Shown here in pieces: positions 61,207-64,000 of a DNA stretch of 64,000 nt. The position numbers and the translations under genes are program-made. Every line of letters starts with the position of its first letter. Within the stretch, counting starts at the first letter, position 1. The notes beneath the pieces were generated by a model. The model was not told where the DNA came from and made no database searches. It saw only the letters and a list, made by a program, of their open reading frames with translations. Source of the DNA: Gammaproteobacteria bacterium. Lineage in GTDB: Bacteria > Pseudomonadota > Gammaproteobacteria > HK1. The DNA is taken from assembly GCA_965223775.1 (NCBI GenBank), contig OZ245021.1, forward strand, positions 5,069,517 to 5,133,516. The letters are read 5' to 3'.

Positions 61207-63173
61207 CTACTGCGGTACCTTCGGGACTCGCGGGCTGAAGCAGGCCGCATCGCGGATCTTCAGGTCGCCACGCAGGGTCCCCGTGCTGCCGTCCTCGAAG
61301 GTCACCTGGGCCTCGACTTCGCAGTGTTCCCGGTCCGAATAGAGCGCTTCCACCAGGGCGTCGTACCGTTCGGCGATGAAGTGCCGCCGCACCTTGCGCG
61401 TGCGCGTAAGTTTCGGCGTCGTCGGCATCGAGCTCCTTGTGCAGAATGAGAAAGCGCCCGATCTGCGATCCCCCAAGATGGGAATCGGAGGCGAGTTCCC
61501 GGTTGACTCTCTCGATATGGCCCTGGATGAGGTCATGGACATCGACCTTGCCGACGAGGTCCTGGCAACTGACATACGCGACCCCCTGGCGTTGGGCCCA
61601 GTTCCCGACCGCCTGGAGATCGATGTTGATGAATGCGACGGTGCTGTCGCGTTCGTTGCCGAAGGCAACCGCCTCCTTGATCTCGGGGAAGAACTTGAGC
61701 TTGTTCTCGATGTACTTGGGGGCGAACACGGTTCCGTCGCTGAGCTTTCCCACGTCCTTGACCCGGTCGATTATCTTCAGGTGCCCGGCCTCGTCGAAGT
61801 AGCCGGCATCTCCGGTGCGAACCCAACCGTCGGGGGTCTTGGTCTCGCTCGTGGCTTGCGCGTTCCGGTGGTACTCCCGGAACACACCGGGGCTGCGATA
61901 CACGACTTCGCCATCGTCCGCGATCCGGACCTCGACGCCCGGTGCCGGCGTTCCGACCGTATCCGGTCTGACTTCCTCGTCCGGGTGCATCGTCACGAAC
62001 ACGGCCGCCTCGGTCTGACCGTAGAGTTGCTTGAGATTCACTCCGAGGGAGCGATAGAACGCGAAGATGTCGGGGCCAAGGGCCTCGCCCGCGGTATACG
62101 CCAGCCGGATACGCGAGAATCCCAGTGTATTGACCAGCGGATCGAAGACGAAGGCGCGCCCGAGGGCATACAACACGCGGTCGACCAACCGCACCGGCTT
62201 TCCATCGAGAATACTTGTGCCCGCGCGCTGCGCGACCCCCATGAAGTAGTGGAACAGCCTGCGCTTCGGCCAACCGGTATCCTCGATACGGATCATCACC
62301 TCGGTGAGGATGTTTTCCCAGATCCGCGGCGGGGCGAAGAAATAGGTCGGACCGATCTCGTGCAGATCGTGCATCACCGTCGCCCCCGACTCCGGACAGT
62401 TGACGCAGAAGCCGGTGGCATAGGACTGGGCGAAGGAGAAGATGTTGTCGCCGACCCAGGCCATGGGAAGGTAGGCCATGACCTCCTCATCCTCTCCGAG
62501 ACGATCGCGCTCGGCCGCGTTGCGGGCCGTGATGACGAGGTTGTCGAAAGAAAGGACGACCCCCTTGGGCCTTCCGGTCGTTCCGGACGTGTAGAGGATG
62601 ACGGCAGGGTCCGCTGCTTCGCCCATGGCTACTTCGTGGAGAAAGAAACCCGGGTTCTCCGCATCGTGTTCGCGGCCCCGCGCCTGCACCTTCGCGAATT
62701 CGTGCAGGAACGGATGGTCGTAACGGCTCAAGCCTCGAGGATCCTCGTAGACCACAAGCCGTACACTCGGGCAGCGCTCTTGTACTTCCAGAACCTTGTC
62801 AACCTGTTCCTGATCCTCCAGGAGGACATAGGCTGCTTCGGCGTGGTTGAGGACGTACGAGACCTCTTCGGCCACGGCGTCCTGGTAGACCGGGACGGGG
62901 ATGGCGCCCAGCGACTGGGCCGCGGTCATCGCCCATATAGAGCTGCGGGCGGTTGTCGCCGATGATGGCGACCTTGTCGCCCCGATTCGCACCCAGCGCG
63001 GCGAGGCCGCACGCCAATGCCCGCACCTCGTCCAGGACTTCGCGCCACGTCCAGCTTTGCCAGATGCCATGGTCCTTCTCCCGCATGGCGGGACGGTCTG
63101 GCCGCCGCCGGGCGTTCCGCAGGAGCAGCTTGGGAAACGTGTCGTGGACTTGGGCCTCGATGTCGGCGGACAT
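61207..63173 (-). pseudogene. Long-chain acyl-CoA synthetase (FadD-like AMP-binding enzyme) interrupted by two +1 frameshifts
   Basis: N-terminus from the ATG at 63173 (RBS GAGGGGG): MSADIEAQVHDTFPKLLLRNARRRPDRPAM...GDKVAIIGDNRPQLY. Frame changes at about 62934-62940. The middle part carries YTSGTTGRPKGV. Frame changes again at an AAA run at about 61411-61413. The C-terminus is PKLTRTRKVRRHFIAERYDALVEALY, which is ORF 61207..61668. Confidence 0.65.
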
Positions 63174-63563
63174 GCGCGAACACCCCCTCAAGTACCGCAC
63201 TCCGTCAGCCGCCCGCTGCCGGTGCATCGGCACGGCGGATGCGGTGGCGACCCCGCCGGGTTTCGCAGCCTTACCGTCTCCAGTGCAATTCTTGGCAACA
63301 TGATGCGTCCAATCCTTCCGCGCGCCACGCATATCGGTGGGGTGGAGCGATACATGGCTGAACAACGGCATTCTCGTTCGCGGTGCTCATGCGCTTCGCT
63401 TTCCGCCATACGGATTCGTGCTGCGTCGGCCGGACCTTAGGAAATGGAGCGCCTCTTGCCGCCCCCCATTGGGAGGGTGCGAAGGGAGAACACCGGAAAC
63501 AATTCACGGACAGCCTCGGGAAGAACGGGTGGCGACGCCGGGGACGGGTCGCCGATGACGGCT

Positions 63564-64000
63564 TCAGCTTCGGAGCTCGGGAACTCCGGCCAACGACAGC
63601 ACCAGCCGTACCAGCTCCGCCTGTCGCGAGACTTGAGCCTTGTCGAAGACATGCCTCATGTGCCAGCGGACGGTGCTGATGCTTCGGCCCGTCGCCAGGG
63701 CGATGTCGCGGACGGTCCTGCCGTCCGCCAGCAGCACCGCCACCTGGCTTTCCGCCGGTGTGAGGCCAAGAACCTCTGCCACCAGACCCGAATCGACGCG
63801 CGTCCGGCTTGCCGGATCGACGACCAGAACGAGCGCGCCGATGCGCCGCGGGCGTACGTCCAAGTCCCGCTCGCCAACGGGGCTCACGTGCAGCACGAGT
63901 TGCGGCAGAAGCGACGGGCGCCTCACCGTCATCGCACCGGCGGCGCCCTGGCCGCCGAAGGGCGGCAGCGCACGGGCCAGGAGCCTCTGGAGTTCGGCGT
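63564..64000 (-). CDS. LuxR-family transcriptional regulator, C-terminal part; the ORF is open beyond the window end
   Basis: C-terminal LuxR-type HTH (LTPAESQVAVLLADGRTVRDIALATGRSISTVRWHMRHVFDKAQV). There is no in-frame stop upstream to position 64000. Confidence 0.6.
   Translation of the reverse strand, partial: AELQRLLARALPPFGGQGAAGAMTVRRPSLLPQLVLHVSPVGERDLDVRPRRIGALVLVVDPASRTRVDSGLVAEVLGLTPAESQVAVLLADGRTVRDIALATGRSISTVRWHMRHVFDKAQVSRQAELVRLVLSLAGVPELRS

Overview
The window is high-GC (about 68-70%) chromosomal DNA from a Gram-negative, proteobacterium-like genome with dense coding on both strands. Core and housekeeping genes are metF, glutamate synthase gltB-gltD, an Fe(III)-type ABC importer, a fused CydDC-like ABC exporter, copA with a truncated MerR/CueR-like regulator, an MFS transporter, hydantoinase hyuA/hyuB, a YqiK-like flotillin, a tesA-ybbA-ybbP block, GSTs, a LOG protein and LysR/LuxR regulators. 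The accessory content stands out in five ways. (1) A 4.4-kb gene in a lower-GC islet encodes a sacsin/NOV-like GHKL ATPase with a C-terminal DUF3883 nuclease-like domain, next to a Uma2-family endonuclease gene; this is my best candidate for an undescribed defence or selfish system. (2) A roughly 1-kb Uma2-endonuclease cassette is present in two near-identical copies beside a truncated cueR. (3) Five copies of a 175-260 bp palindromic MITE/REP-like element sit at gene 3' ends, and two of them supply the stop codon of the upstream gene. (4) A liv-type ABC plus acyl-CoA-ligase cluster is decaying, with four homopolymer frameshifts, an IS66 transposase remnant and a truncated binding-protein gene. 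(5) There are two VapBC-type toxin-antitoxin loci (one orphan VapB), several in-gene tandem-repeat arrays and a small AT-rich ORF islet. No rRNA, tRNA or CRISPR array was recognised. Many long ORFs in the six-frame track are antisense or wrong-frame artefacts of the high GC content and were rejected.
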